In this document: piece after piece, positions 36,911 through 45,299 of the stretch
Numbering within the stretch: the first letter of the stretch is position 1
Layout: the number at the start of each line of letters is the position of its first letter
From: Bacteroidetes bacterium ADurb.Bin139
GTDB lineage: Bacteria; Bacteroidota; Bacteroidia; Bacteroidales; UBA932
Direction: 5' to 3'
Length of the DNA: 64,000 nt
Assembly (NCBI GenBank): GCA_002070565.1
Contig: MWDM01000004.1
Span: 778-64,777, forward strand
Program-made: the position numbers and the translations under genes
The notes under the pieces: generated by a model
Database searches by the model: none
Told to the model about the DNA's origin: nothing
The model's input: the letters and a program-made list of their open reading frames with translations, nothing else

Positions 36911-37277
36911 AAGTATATTGCTTGTGACAGCTCTCATGCTGCTCACAGCCTCATGCGTAGAGCAGCGGGAGGAAACGTACACCTATACCGTGGAAGGGGA
37001 TGTCAAAAATATTGTCAACAAGCCCCTGGAAGGTATCCGGGTGATCATGAACAGGACTTATAGCGGCAAAATGGAAGCAGATACGGCTTATACCGATTCA
37101 CAGGGCAAATACTTGGTATCCCTGACTGTCACTTCCCGGCAACGTGTTTTCCTGGTGGACTATTCAGATCCAAAGCTCAAATACAGGGATACATTAAGGC
37201 GGTTTACATTTGATGACCAGGGTAAGCTTTACGATTCCATGATGCTCAGAACACGGAACCAGGTAGATCCTTTTTAA
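36900..37277 (+). CDS. Small lipoprotein with a carboxypeptidase-regulatory-like beta-sandwich motif
   Basis: It has a lipobox (LLTASC) and the motif PLEGIRV...DTAYTDSQGKY. The ATG at 36900 overlaps the yicC stop by 11 nt. Confidence 0.5.
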   Translation: MSYKSILLVTALMLLTASCVEQREETYTYTVEGDVKNIVNKPLEGIRVIMNRTYSGKMEADTAYTDSQGKYLVSLTVTSRQRVFLVDYSDPKLKYRDTLRRFTFDDQGKLYDSMMLRTRNQVDPF

Positions 37278-37294
37278 CCGGACAGGACCACCAT

Positions 37295-39409
37295 TCAGGA
37301 GATCTTGCTGAAATCGGCCTGCCTGTTTCCGAGGATTTCAAGCTGCAGCCTCAGTATTTTATTTTTTTCCAATTCAAGGAGCGGATCGTTGTCCAGAATT
37401 TTCTGTGCCTCCATTCTTGCCCATTCAAGGATTTGTCCGTCCCTGGCCAGGCTGGCTATATGCAGGTCAAAGGCCATACCACTCTGTGCGGTGCCTTCCA
37501 AATCGCCCGGCCCGCGCAGGCGCATATCTGCCTCGGCAATCTCAAAACCATTGTTGCTTTCGCACATCAGCTTCAGGCGCTGCCTGGCCTCTTTGCTCAG
37601 GGCATTGCCGGTCATCAGGATACAATATGATTTTTCTGCACCACGGCCAACGCGTCCGCGTAACTGATGAAGCTGCGACAAACCAAACCGCTCCGCGCTT
37701 TCTATAACCATCACCGTGGCGTTGGGTACATCTACCCCCACTTCTATGACAGAGGTGGCAATCAGTATCTGGGCATGCCCCTTGACAAACATATTCATGT
37801 CAAAAGCCTTGTCTTCCGGTTTTTGCTGACCATGAACCACGGCAACAGAATAAAGGGGGGCAGGGAATGCCATGGTGATGTCGCGGTAACCTGTTTCCAG
37901 GTTTTCATAGTCCATTTTTTCAGACTCACGGATCAATGGATAGACAATGTAAACCTGCCGGCCCTCTTTGATTTGTTTTTTCAGGAAGGAGTATACTGTT
38001 CCCCTGCGTGAAGAGGGATAATGGATGGTTTGTACCGGCTGCCTTCCGGGAGGCAGCTCATCTATGACCGATACATCCAGGTCTCCGTACAGGGTCATGG
38101 CCAGTGTCCTGGGAATTGGTGTGGCGGTCATCACCAGGATATGGGGCGGTGAACCTTCCGTTTTTTCCCACAGCCGGGCACGCTGCTCCACCCCAAAGCG
38201 GTGTTGTTCGTCTATGACCACAAAACCAAGCTTTTTAAAGGAAACCGTATCTTCTATCAGAGCATGGGTGCCAATCAACAGGTGCATAGATCCGTCCTGC
38301 AACGATTCATGCAGGACCTTGCGTTCAGAGGCTTTGGTGGAACCGGTGAGCAGTCCCGCTTTAATATCCTGGCCCCGGAGGAACCGGGAAACGGTATGGT
38401 AGTGCTGGTTGGCCAGGATTTCTGTAGGGGCCATCATGCAGGCCTGGTAGCCGTTATCTGCTGCAATCAGGGCGCTCAGCAGGGCAACCAGTGTTTTACC
38501 GCTGCCCACATCTCCCTGCAGCAGGCGGTTCATCTGTCGTCCGCTCCCCAGATCGGCCCTGATTTCTTTGATCACCCTTTTTTGCGCCCCTGTAAGCTCA
38601 AAGGGAAGCATGTTGTAACAATTACTGAACGCCTGGCCTACCGTGGAAAACCGCAGGCCGTCCCCGGACCTGAGCCGGACAGAACGTTGTTTGAGCAGGC
38701 CGAGTTGAATAAAAAATAATTCTTCGAATTTCAGCCTTGTTTGTGCGGCTTGCAGGTTTTTAAGATTTTTGGGGAAATGGATCTCTTCCAGAGCCAGGGA
38801 CAGGGGCATCAGCTTAAGCTCCCTGAGCAAGTCCGGAGTGAGCGTTTCCACCACGTGGCCTTCAATAAGGGTTAGGGCCCGGGCTATGAGACGGGAAAAG
38901 ACTTTTTGGGTGAAACCCTTGTTCCGGAGCAACTCTGTGGAAGAATACACTGCCTGAAGCCCGGCGCTGCCCCGCAGGCTCTGATCGTCGGGCAGGTCTA
39001 TTTCGGGATGGACCAGGTTGATTCTTCCGTTGAACAAGGAGGGCTTTCCAAAGACGATATACTCTGTGTTCAGTTTGATCTTATCCTTTATCCAGCGGAT
39101 CCCCTTGAAAAAAACCAGGTCCACACTGCCTGTGGGATCTGCAAAAAGAACTACCATTCTCTGCTTGCGGGAGCCGGCTCCTATGATTTTCATATCCCTT
39201 ACCTGGCCCCGTATCTGAATGAATGCCAGATTGGGGTCAATTTCACGCACAGCGTAAAAGTGCGTCCTGTCTATGTAGCGGAATGGATAATGACGGATCA
39301 GGTCGCCTACTGTTTTTATTTTCAGCCCTTTTTCAAGCTCCCTGGCCCGCACGGGACCTACACCCTGAAGAAATTGTATGTTCGTCTCCCATACAGAAGT
39401 CATAGCCAT
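37295..39409 (-). CDS. recG: ATP-dependent DNA helicase RecG
   Basis: A wedge domain and the helicase motifs GDVGSGKT, DEQHRFG, MTATPIPRT and QLHQLRGRVGRG are present. The start is either the ATG at 39409 or the ATG at 39403. The longer track ORF runs into the divergent gene. Confidence 0.9.
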   Translation of the reverse strand: MAMTSVWETNIQFLQGVGPVRARELEKGLKIKTVGDLIRHYPFRYIDRTHFYAVREIDPNLAFIQIRGQVRDMKIIGAGSRKQRMVVLFADPTGSVDLVFFKGIRWIKDKIKLNTEYIVFGKPSLFNGRINLVHPEIDLPDDQSLRGSAGLQAVYSSTELLRNKGFTQKVFSRLIARALTLIEGHVVETLTPDLLRELKLMPLSLALEEIHFPKNLKNLQAAQTRLKFEELFFIQLGLLKQRSVRLRSGDGLRFSTVGQAFSNCYNMLPFELTGAQKRVIKEIRADLGSGRQMNRLLQGDVGSGKTLVALLSALIAADNGYQACMMAPTEILANQHYHTVSRFLRGQDIKAGLLTGSTKASERKVLHESLQDGSMHLLIGTHALIEDTVSFKKLGFVVIDEQHRFGVEQRARLWEKTEGSPPHILVMTATPIPRTLAMTLYGDLDVSVIDELPPGRQPVQTIHYPSSRRGTVYSFLKKQIKEGRQVYIVYPLIRESEKMDYENLETGYRDITMAFPAPLYSVAVVHGQQKPEDKAFDMNMFVKGHAQILIATSVIEVGVDVPNATVMVIESAERFGLSQLHQLRGRVGRGAEKSYCILMTGNALSKEARQRLKLMCESNNGFEIAEADMRLRGPGDLEGTAQSGMAFDLHIASLARDGQILEWARMEAQKILDNDPLLELEKNKILRLQLEILGNRQADFSKIS

Positions 39410-39410
39410 G

Positions 39411-39418
39411 CAAATATA
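39411..39418 (-). promoter_or_regulatory. -7 promoter box TATATTTG for recG
   Basis: The minus strand reads TATATTTG. It is 1 nt from the first ATG (39409) and 7 nt from the second (39403). Confidence 0.45.
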
Positions 39419-39431
39419 ACGATATCTTACG

Positions 39432-39439
39432 TATATTTG
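39432..39439 (+). promoter_or_regulatory. -7 promoter box TATATTTG for yccF
   Basis: It matches TAnnTTTG and lies 4 nt upstream of the ATG at 39444. Confidence 0.45.
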
Positions 39440-39443
39440 CGGT

Positions 39444-39821
39444 ATGAGCATACTGGGAAACATACTCTGGCTTCTGTTTGGAGGATTTATCATTGCCCTG
39501 GAATACGTCATTTCAGGCATTTTGATGTGTATAACCATCATAGGGATCCCATTCGGGGTTCAAAGCTTTAAATTAGCGGCTTTTGCACTCTTGCCGTTCG
39601 GAAAAACCACCAGGTCCGTGGAGCCGGGAACAGGCTGCCTGAGCACGGTTTTGAATATAATATGGATTTTCCTTGGGGGTATCTGGATCGCACTGAGCCA
39701 TCTTTTCCTGGGGGCATTGTTGTGTATAACCATAGTGGGAATTCCTTTCGGAAAACAACACTTCAAGATGGTATCCCTGGCGCTGACGCCTTTTGGAAGG
39801 GAGATCATTGACAAAAATTAA
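39444..39821 (+). CDS. yccF: YccF-family inner membrane protein
   Basis: MSILGNILWLLFGGF..ALEY....ILMCITIIGIPFG is duplicated in the second half (LNIIWIFLGGIWIALSHL..GALLCITIVGIPFG). This is the characteristic YccF internal repeat. Confidence 0.85.
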   Translation: MSILGNILWLLFGGFIIALEYVISGILMCITIIGIPFGVQSFKLAAFALLPFGKTTRSVEPGTGCLSTVLNIIWIFLGGIWIALSHLFLGALLCITIVGIPFGKQHFKMVSLALTPFGREIIDKN

Positions 39822-39827
39822 CACATT

Positions 39828-40862
39828 ATGCATAAAAAAATAATTGTAGGGATTACGCAGGGTGACACAAACGGCATAGGATACGAAGTGCTGATTAAGG
39901 CCCTGGCCGATTCCCGCATCAACGAACTATGCACCCCCGTGATTTACGGTTCTTCCCGTTTGCTGGGATTTTACAAGAAATTAAGCGCCGGGGTGGAGAA
40001 TTTCAATGTCCATATAACCCAATCGGCTTCTGACCTTCATTACAAAATGGTGAACCTGATTCCCTGCGTTTCGGATCAGTTTATGGCCGAGCCGGGAAAA
40101 ATGACCCGGGAAGGAGCTCAGGCAGCCATGCAATCACTCGAAAGGGCCGTTGAGGATCTGCGCAGCGGGAAGATACAGGTACTGGTGACGGCTCCCTTTA
40201 ACAAGCAAGGCATGAACCGGGAGGGATTTGTTTTTCCCGGCCACACCGAGTACCTGGGCAATGCCTTCGGAATAGCCAGTCCTTTGATGATGCTCTGCAG
40301 CTATGGCCTGAGGGTAGGCGTTGTGACCGGGCATGTTCCGTTGAGCCGGGTTCCTGCTGAACTCACAAAAGAGAAGATTGTGCAGAAGATACGGCTGATG
40401 GATAATACCCTGAAAAAAGACTTTACGGTCATCCAGCCCAGGATAGCCGTTCTGGGGTTGAATCCACACGCCGGAGACGGGGGAATTATTGGAACGGAAG
40501 AGGAAGAAATCATTTTACCGGCCATAGAAGAGGTCAATCAGTCAGGGATACTGGCCTTCGGCCCTTATCCGGCCGACGGTTTCTTTGCCAACGCAGGGTA
40601 CAGAAAATTTGACGCCGTTCTTGCCATGTATCATGATCAGGGACTGATTCCCTTTAAAGCGTTGTCTTTCAGCCAGGGGGTCAATTTCACGGCCGGACTG
40701 CCTGTCATCAGGACATCCCCGGACCACGGGACAGCTTACCGCCTGGCCGGTGAGGACAAGGCTTCTGCCGAATCCATGCTTGCGGCGATCTTTATGGCTT
40801 GTGACATTTACAGGACGCGGCGCAGGAACCAGGCCATAACAGAGGGCATGCATGAGGGTTGA
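39828..40862 (+). CDS. pdxA: 4-hydroxythreonine-4-phosphate dehydrogenase
   Basis: GITQGDTNGIGYEV, FPGHTEYL, NPHAGDGG, MYHDQG and RTSPDHGTA are PdxA family signatures. Confidence 0.9.
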   Translation: MHKKIIVGITQGDTNGIGYEVLIKALADSRINELCTPVIYGSSRLLGFYKKLSAGVENFNVHITQSASDLHYKMVNLIPCVSDQFMAEPGKMTREGAQAAMQSLERAVEDLRSGKIQVLVTAPFNKQGMNREGFVFPGHTEYLGNAFGIASPLMMLCSYGLRVGVVTGHVPLSRVPAELTKEKIVQKIRLMDNTLKKDFTVIQPRIAVLGLNPHAGDGGIIGTEEEEIILPAIEEVNQSGILAFGPYPADGFFANAGYRKFDAVLAMYHDQGLIPFKALSFSQGVNFTAGLPVIRTSPDHGTAYRLAGEDKASAESMLAAIFMACDIYRTRRRNQAITEGMHEG

Positions 40863-41316
40863 TATTTTTACCGATGGATCTGCCCTGGGAAATCCCGGAC
40901 CCGGAGGATACGGGGTTATTTTGCAAAGCGGCCGTCATTATAAAGAAATCTCTGCCGGATACCGCCTGACCACCAACAACAGGATGGAACTGATGGCCGT
41001 CATTGCCGGCCTGGAAGCGTTGAAAAAGCCAGGAACAGAAGTCTGTATCTATTCAGACTCGGCCTATGTTGTAAGGGCTGTTGAGGAAGGCTGGCTTCAA
41101 AACTGGATTGCCAGGGATTTTCGTAAAAAAAAGAATGTTGACCTCTGGAAGCGTTACCTGGAAGTCGCTTCAAAACACAAAGTGCGTTTTGTCTGGGTTA
41201 AAGGTCATGCCGGTCACCCTCAGAATGAGCAATGTGACCGCCTGGCTGTTGCCGCGGCATCGGCAGGCGAAGAATTCCTGTTGGAAGACAAGGGATTTAC
41301 AGACGCGATTTCATGA
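40852..41316 (+). CDS. rnhA: Ribonuclease HI
   Basis: IFTDGSALGNPGPGGYG, TNNRMEL, SDS.YV and WVKGHAGHP.NE.CD are RNase H1 catalytic motifs. Confidence 0.9.
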   Translation: MRVDIFTDGSALGNPGPGGYGVILQSGRHYKEISAGYRLTTNNRMELMAVIAGLEALKKPGTEVCIYSDSAYVVRAVEEGWLQNWIARDFRKKKNVDLWKRYLEVASKHKVRFVWVKGHAGHPQNEQCDRLAVAAASAGEEFLLEDKGFTDAIS

Positions 41317-42424
41317 TCGCCTGTAGCGCATCCGGATGAACTACCTGGTTGGACGAACGGCTGATCAGAACAAAGTCAGGAGCCCCGTTATCCCAGTAAA
41401 ACGGGACCATACCGTGCCGGATTGCAGCCTCTGTGATATATTCAAGGTAGTAGGAACGGCTTTTTTTATGTTCCGTCAATTCATCTCCGGTCAGCTGCAG
41501 ACGGTAAAGTGCCCCGTATTCACCCAGGATAATGGGGAGGCCACGGTCAGTGAATTTCTTCATTTTTCCAAAAGACGATTCCACCCAGTCTTCCTGACCC
41601 CAGGCTGTAACGGGCCCGGTGGATACTGAACCCCAGCGGAAATCATACGGTTCATCCTCCTTCAATGCAAATTCGTACGGATCGTAGTAATGCACCTCCA
41701 CCATGAGTCTGCCGGGCGTGGGGTCCTGTGGAATGATGAGTGATTTGTATGCCAGGTCAATATTGGTAAGATAACTCTGTATGACCAGGTGCCGTTTAAG
41801 GTTACGTCCTCCCGTTTTCCTTACGGCATCCACGAAAGTCTGATTGAAAGAGTTTTGCACAGACAAATATTCAGCCGGCGGGCTGGAAGACCAGTCACCT
41901 TCCATATGGACTTCGTTGGATCCGGCAAAAAGGAGCCGGTCGTCGTAATCTTTGAAATATGTGGCAATCTGGGTCCAGATCGTATTGAACCTGGCGTTGA
42001 TCTGTTGCCGGCTGCTTTCCCTGGGATCGTTCATCCATCCGTTGTCCCAGTGGATATTGATGATGGCAAACATGTCCTGGTCCAGGACATAATTGACCAC
42101 TTGTCCTACGCGCTGCATCCAGGCATTGTCAATCTTGCAGGTGCTCTGGTCTGTTACATGGACAGCCCAGGATACGGGGATACGTACCGATTTGAATCCC
42201 GCTTCCTTTACTGCTCTGATCAGGTCTGCCGTAACCTTTGGATTACCCCAGGAAGTCTCTCCTCCTGTTGCCTCCAGGGTATTGCCCAGGTTCCATCCAA
42301 TGCCCATGAGCTTTGATAATTCCATGGAAGTCATGTTGCGCATGGCCGCATCATCGCTCCCTGTTTCGTTTTTGCACTCTAAAAAAAGCAGGCAACAGAG
42401 CAGAAGAATTGTGTAAGTTTTCAT
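41297..42424 (-). CDS. Glycoside hydrolase family 5 (endo-beta-1,4-glucanase type), lipoprotein
   Basis: The GH5 signatures are GWNLGNTLEA, the acid/base context FAGSNEV (NE) and the nucleophile context ILGEYG. It has a lipobox (LFLEC). The ATG is at 42424; the track start at 42430 is GTG. Confidence 0.8.
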   Translation of the reverse strand: MKTYTILLLCCLLFLECKNETGSDDAAMRNMTSMELSKLMGIGWNLGNTLEATGGETSWGNPKVTADLIRAVKEAGFKSVRIPVSWAVHVTDQSTCKIDNAWMQRVGQVVNYVLDQDMFAIINIHWDNGWMNDPRESSRQQINARFNTIWTQIATYFKDYDDRLLFAGSNEVHMEGDWSSSPPAEYLSVQNSFNQTFVDAVRKTGGRNLKRHLVIQSYLTNIDLAYKSLIIPQDPTPGRLMVEVHYYDPYEFALKEDEPYDFRWGSVSTGPVTAWGQEDWVESSFGKMKKFTDRGLPIILGEYGALYRLQLTGDELTEHKKSRSYYLEYITEAAIRHGMVPFYWDNGAPDFVLISRSSNQVVHPDALQAIMKSRL

Positions 42425-42431
42425 AAACACC

Positions 42432-42439
42432 TATCTTTG
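42432..42439 (+). promoter_or_regulatory. -7 promoter box TATCTTTG for the GH31-GH2 genes
   Basis: It matches TAnnTTTG and lies 29 nt upstream of the ATG at 42469. Confidence 0.45.
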
Positions 42440-42461
42440 GATTACGTAAAATTAACAGAAT

Positions 42462-42469
42462 CAAAGATA
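42462..42469 (-). promoter_or_regulatory. -7 promoter box TATCTTTG for the GH5 gene
   Basis: The minus strand reads TATCTTTG. It forms an exact 8-bp inverted repeat with 42432-42439. Confidence 0.4.
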
Positions 42470-45294
42470 TGAAAAAATGGTTTTTTGTCCTATTGGCGGG
42501 ACTTTTATTATTGTCCTGTACCGGCAGCCTGAATGTTGACAATAATAGTGTGACGGTCACCCTGTCTGACAAGTCAAAAGTCATGATCCAGCCTGTGAAC
42601 GGTCAGATTTTCCGCATTTCGGCTGTACCTGAAGGAGAGCGGTTCTCTGCCCGGCCCAGCCTGATGAGGGTTGCGGGGGAGACGCCTCCGGTACCATTTG
42701 AATGTGTGGAGGAAGAACAAAGGGTCATTGTAAAGACTGAATCCCTGCAGGCAAGCGTGGATAAAATTACCGGTGAAATGATTTTCATGGATTTGGAGGG
42801 CCATGTGATCCTGCAGGAAAACAAGGGGGGCGGAAAATCATTCGAGCCTGTGGAAGTGGACGGGGACAAAGGGTATACCATCAGGCAGGTTTTTGAATCA
42901 CCTGAAAACGAAGCCTTTTACGGTCTTGGCCAGCATCAGTCAGACGAATTCAACTACAAGGGCAAAAACGAAACCTTATACCAATACAACACAAAAGTTT
43001 CTGTTCCATTTATTTTATCAAACAAGCACTACGGCCTGCTGTGGGACAATAACTCGCTATCGCGGTTCGGAAATCCTGAAGATTACCGGCAATTGGACGT
43101 GTTGGATCTTATGGATGCTGACGGACAGGAAGGAGCCCTAACGGCTGTCTATGCCAGTAGCGACGGAAAAACGGAATACCTGCGCAGGAGGGAACCGGTC
43201 ATCGATTATACAGATCTGGACAAGGTGAAAAATTTCCCGGAAGGGATTCCTTTCCATAATGCCCGCATTACCTGGGAAGGGACGGTTGGGGCAAAGGAAA
43301 GCGGAATACACCATTTTTTACTTTACTATGCCGGTTATACCCGGGTGTTTTTTAACGGAGAGGAAGTTGTCGGGGAGCGTTGGCGTACAGCCTGGAATCC
43401 AAATAGTTACAAATTTCAAATTGATATGGAAGCCGGGGTGGCCTATCCACTTCGCATAGATTGGGTACCCGACGGAGGGATTTCCTACCTGGGCCTGTCA
43501 CTCTATACACCGGTTGATCCCCTGGAACAGGAAAAGCAATCCTGGTGGTCAGAAATGGCCGATATGATAGATTATTATTTTATCTATGGACAGGACAGCG
43601 ACCAGATCATAAGCGGATATCGTCTGCTGACGGGCAAAGCCCAGATCATGCCCAAATGGGCCATGGGGTACTGGCAGAGCCGGGAACGTTACAAAACTTC
43701 AGATGAATTGCTGGGGGCCCTGAATGAGTACAGAAAACGCGGGATTCCCATTGACAACATGGTGCTCGATTGGTTTTACTGGCCCGTAGATTCCTGGGGA
43801 AGCCATGAATTTGACAAAGAAAGGTTCCCCGATCCCAAAGCCATGGTTGACAGTGTCCACGCACAGAACGCACGGATCATGATCTCTGTGTGGCCAAAAT
43901 TTTATCATACTACGGAACATTACAAGGAATATGAAGATAACGGGTGGATGTACACCCGGGCCGTGGAGGACAGCATCCGCGACTGGATCGCACCGGGATA
44001 CATCGGCTCATTTTACGATGCTTATGCTCCGGGGGCGCGCAAGCTCTTCTGGCAGCAAATGGAAGAGCATCTCTATCCCTTGGGATTTGATGCCTGGTGG
44101 ATGGATGCTTCGGAGCCGGATATCCAGTCCAACGCCAGCCTGGAATACCGCAAGGAATTGTCCACGCCCACTGCGCTGGGCCCCTCGGCAAGATACCTGA
44201 ACGCTTATTCCCTGGTAAATGCCCAGGCCATATATGAAGGTCAAAGGAGCACTGACCCCGGCAGGCGCGTTTTTTTGCTTACCAGGAGCGGATTCCCCGG
44301 GTTGCAGCGTTATTCCACCGCTACGTGGAGTGGGGACATTGGAACACGCTGGGAAGATTTGAAAGCCCAGATTTCTGCCGGCATCAATTTCAGTATATCC
44401 GGGATCCCTTACTGGACCATGGATATAGGTGGGTTCTGTGTAGAGAGACGTTATGAAAGGGCCCTGGAAGGTTCCCCCGACATGGAAGAATGGCGCGAGC
44501 TGAATGCCCGCTGGTTCCAGTTTGGGGCTTTTTGCCCGCTTTTCCGCAGCCACGGTCAGTATCCTTACCGCGAAATCTTCAACATTGCCCCTGAAAACCA
44601 TCCTGTTTACAAAACCATGGTCCAATACAACAAACTGCGTTACCGTTTAATGCCTTATATATACACGCTGGCAGGAAAGACCTGGTTTGAAGACTATACC
44701 ATAATGCGTGGTCTGATCATGGATTTTGCGCAAGATGAAAACGTTATTAATATATCCGATCAATATATGTTTGGAAGTGCCCTGATGGTGTGCCCCGTAT
44801 ATGAGTTCAAAGCCAGGAAACGCGATGTATACCTCCCCCGGTTGAATGACTGGTATGATTTCCATACCGGTAAATACCTGCCCGGAGGACAACAATTCAC
44901 GGCCGACGCTCCCCTGGACACCATGCCTATATACGTGAAAGCAGGGACCATTTTGCCTGTTGGTCCTGAAATCCGGCATACCGGTGAAAAACCCGGTGGC
45001 CCCATCACGTTGTGCCTTTATACCGGCGCCGATGCGCGTTTTACGCTCTACGAAGATGAAGGGGTAAACTACAATTATGAGAAAGGTTCCTATACCAATA
45101 TTCCCTTTCAATATGACCAGCAAACAGGGATATTTACTATTGGGGCCAGGGAAGGATCCTTTGAAGGCATGACAACCAGCCGGGAATTCCAGATCCGGAA
45201 AATTACCCCCCAGGAACCCGGAACCCCCTTTGCCGGCGGAGCATCGCTTACAACAGTCACTTATAACGGAGAAGCCCTGACCATACAACTATAA
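42469..45294 (+). CDS. Glycoside hydrolase family 31 with an inserted PA14-like domain (alpha-xylosidase/alpha-glucosidase type), lipoprotein
   Basis: The GH31 motifs KWAMGYWQSRERY and AWWMDASEPD (nucleophile region) are present, and the later MDIGGF could mark the acid/base region. A PA14-like insert lies at about residues 265-345 (ITWEGTV...HHFLLYYAGYTRVFFNGEEV). It has a lipobox (LLLSC). Confidence 0.85.
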   Translation: MKKWFFVLLAGLLLLSCTGSLNVDNNSVTVTLSDKSKVMIQPVNGQIFRISAVPEGERFSARPSLMRVAGETPPVPFECVEEEQRVIVKTESLQASVDKITGEMIFMDLEGHVILQENKGGGKSFEPVEVDGDKGYTIRQVFESPENEAFYGLGQHQSDEFNYKGKNETLYQYNTKVSVPFILSNKHYGLLWDNNSLSRFGNPEDYRQLDVLDLMDADGQEGALTAVYASSDGKTEYLRRREPVIDYTDLDKVKNFPEGIPFHNARITWEGTVGAKESGIHHFLLYYAGYTRVFFNGEEVVGERWRTAWNPNSYKFQIDMEAGVAYPLRIDWVPDGGISYLGLSLYTPVDPLEQEKQSWWSEMADMIDYYFIYGQDSDQIISGYRLLTGKAQIMPKWAMGYWQSRERYKTSDELLGALNEYRKRGIPIDNMVLDWFYWPVDSWGSHEFDKERFPDPKAMVDSVHAQNARIMISVWPKFYHTTEHYKEYEDNGWMYTRAVEDSIRDWIAPGYIGSFYDAYAPGARKLFWQQMEEHLYPLGFDAWWMDASEPDIQSNASLEYRKELSTPTALGPSARYLNAYSLVNAQAIYEGQRSTDPGRRVFLLTRSGFPGLQRYSTATWSGDIGTRWEDLKAQISAGINFSISGIPYWTMDIGGFCVERRYERALEGSPDMEEWRELNARWFQFGAFCPLFRSHGQYPYREIFNIAPENHPVYKTMVQYNKLRYRLMPYIYTLAGKTWFEDYTIMRGLIMDFAQDENVINISDQYMFGSALMVCPVYEFKARKRDVYLPRLNDWYDFHTGKYLPGGQQFTADAPLDTMPIYVKAGTILPVGPEIRHTGEKPGGPITLCLYTGADARFTLYEDEGVNYNYEKGSYTNIPFQYDQQTGIFTIGAREGSFEGMTTSREFQIRKITPQEPGTPFAGGASLTTVTYNGEALTIQL

Positions 45295-45299
45295 GGCTT

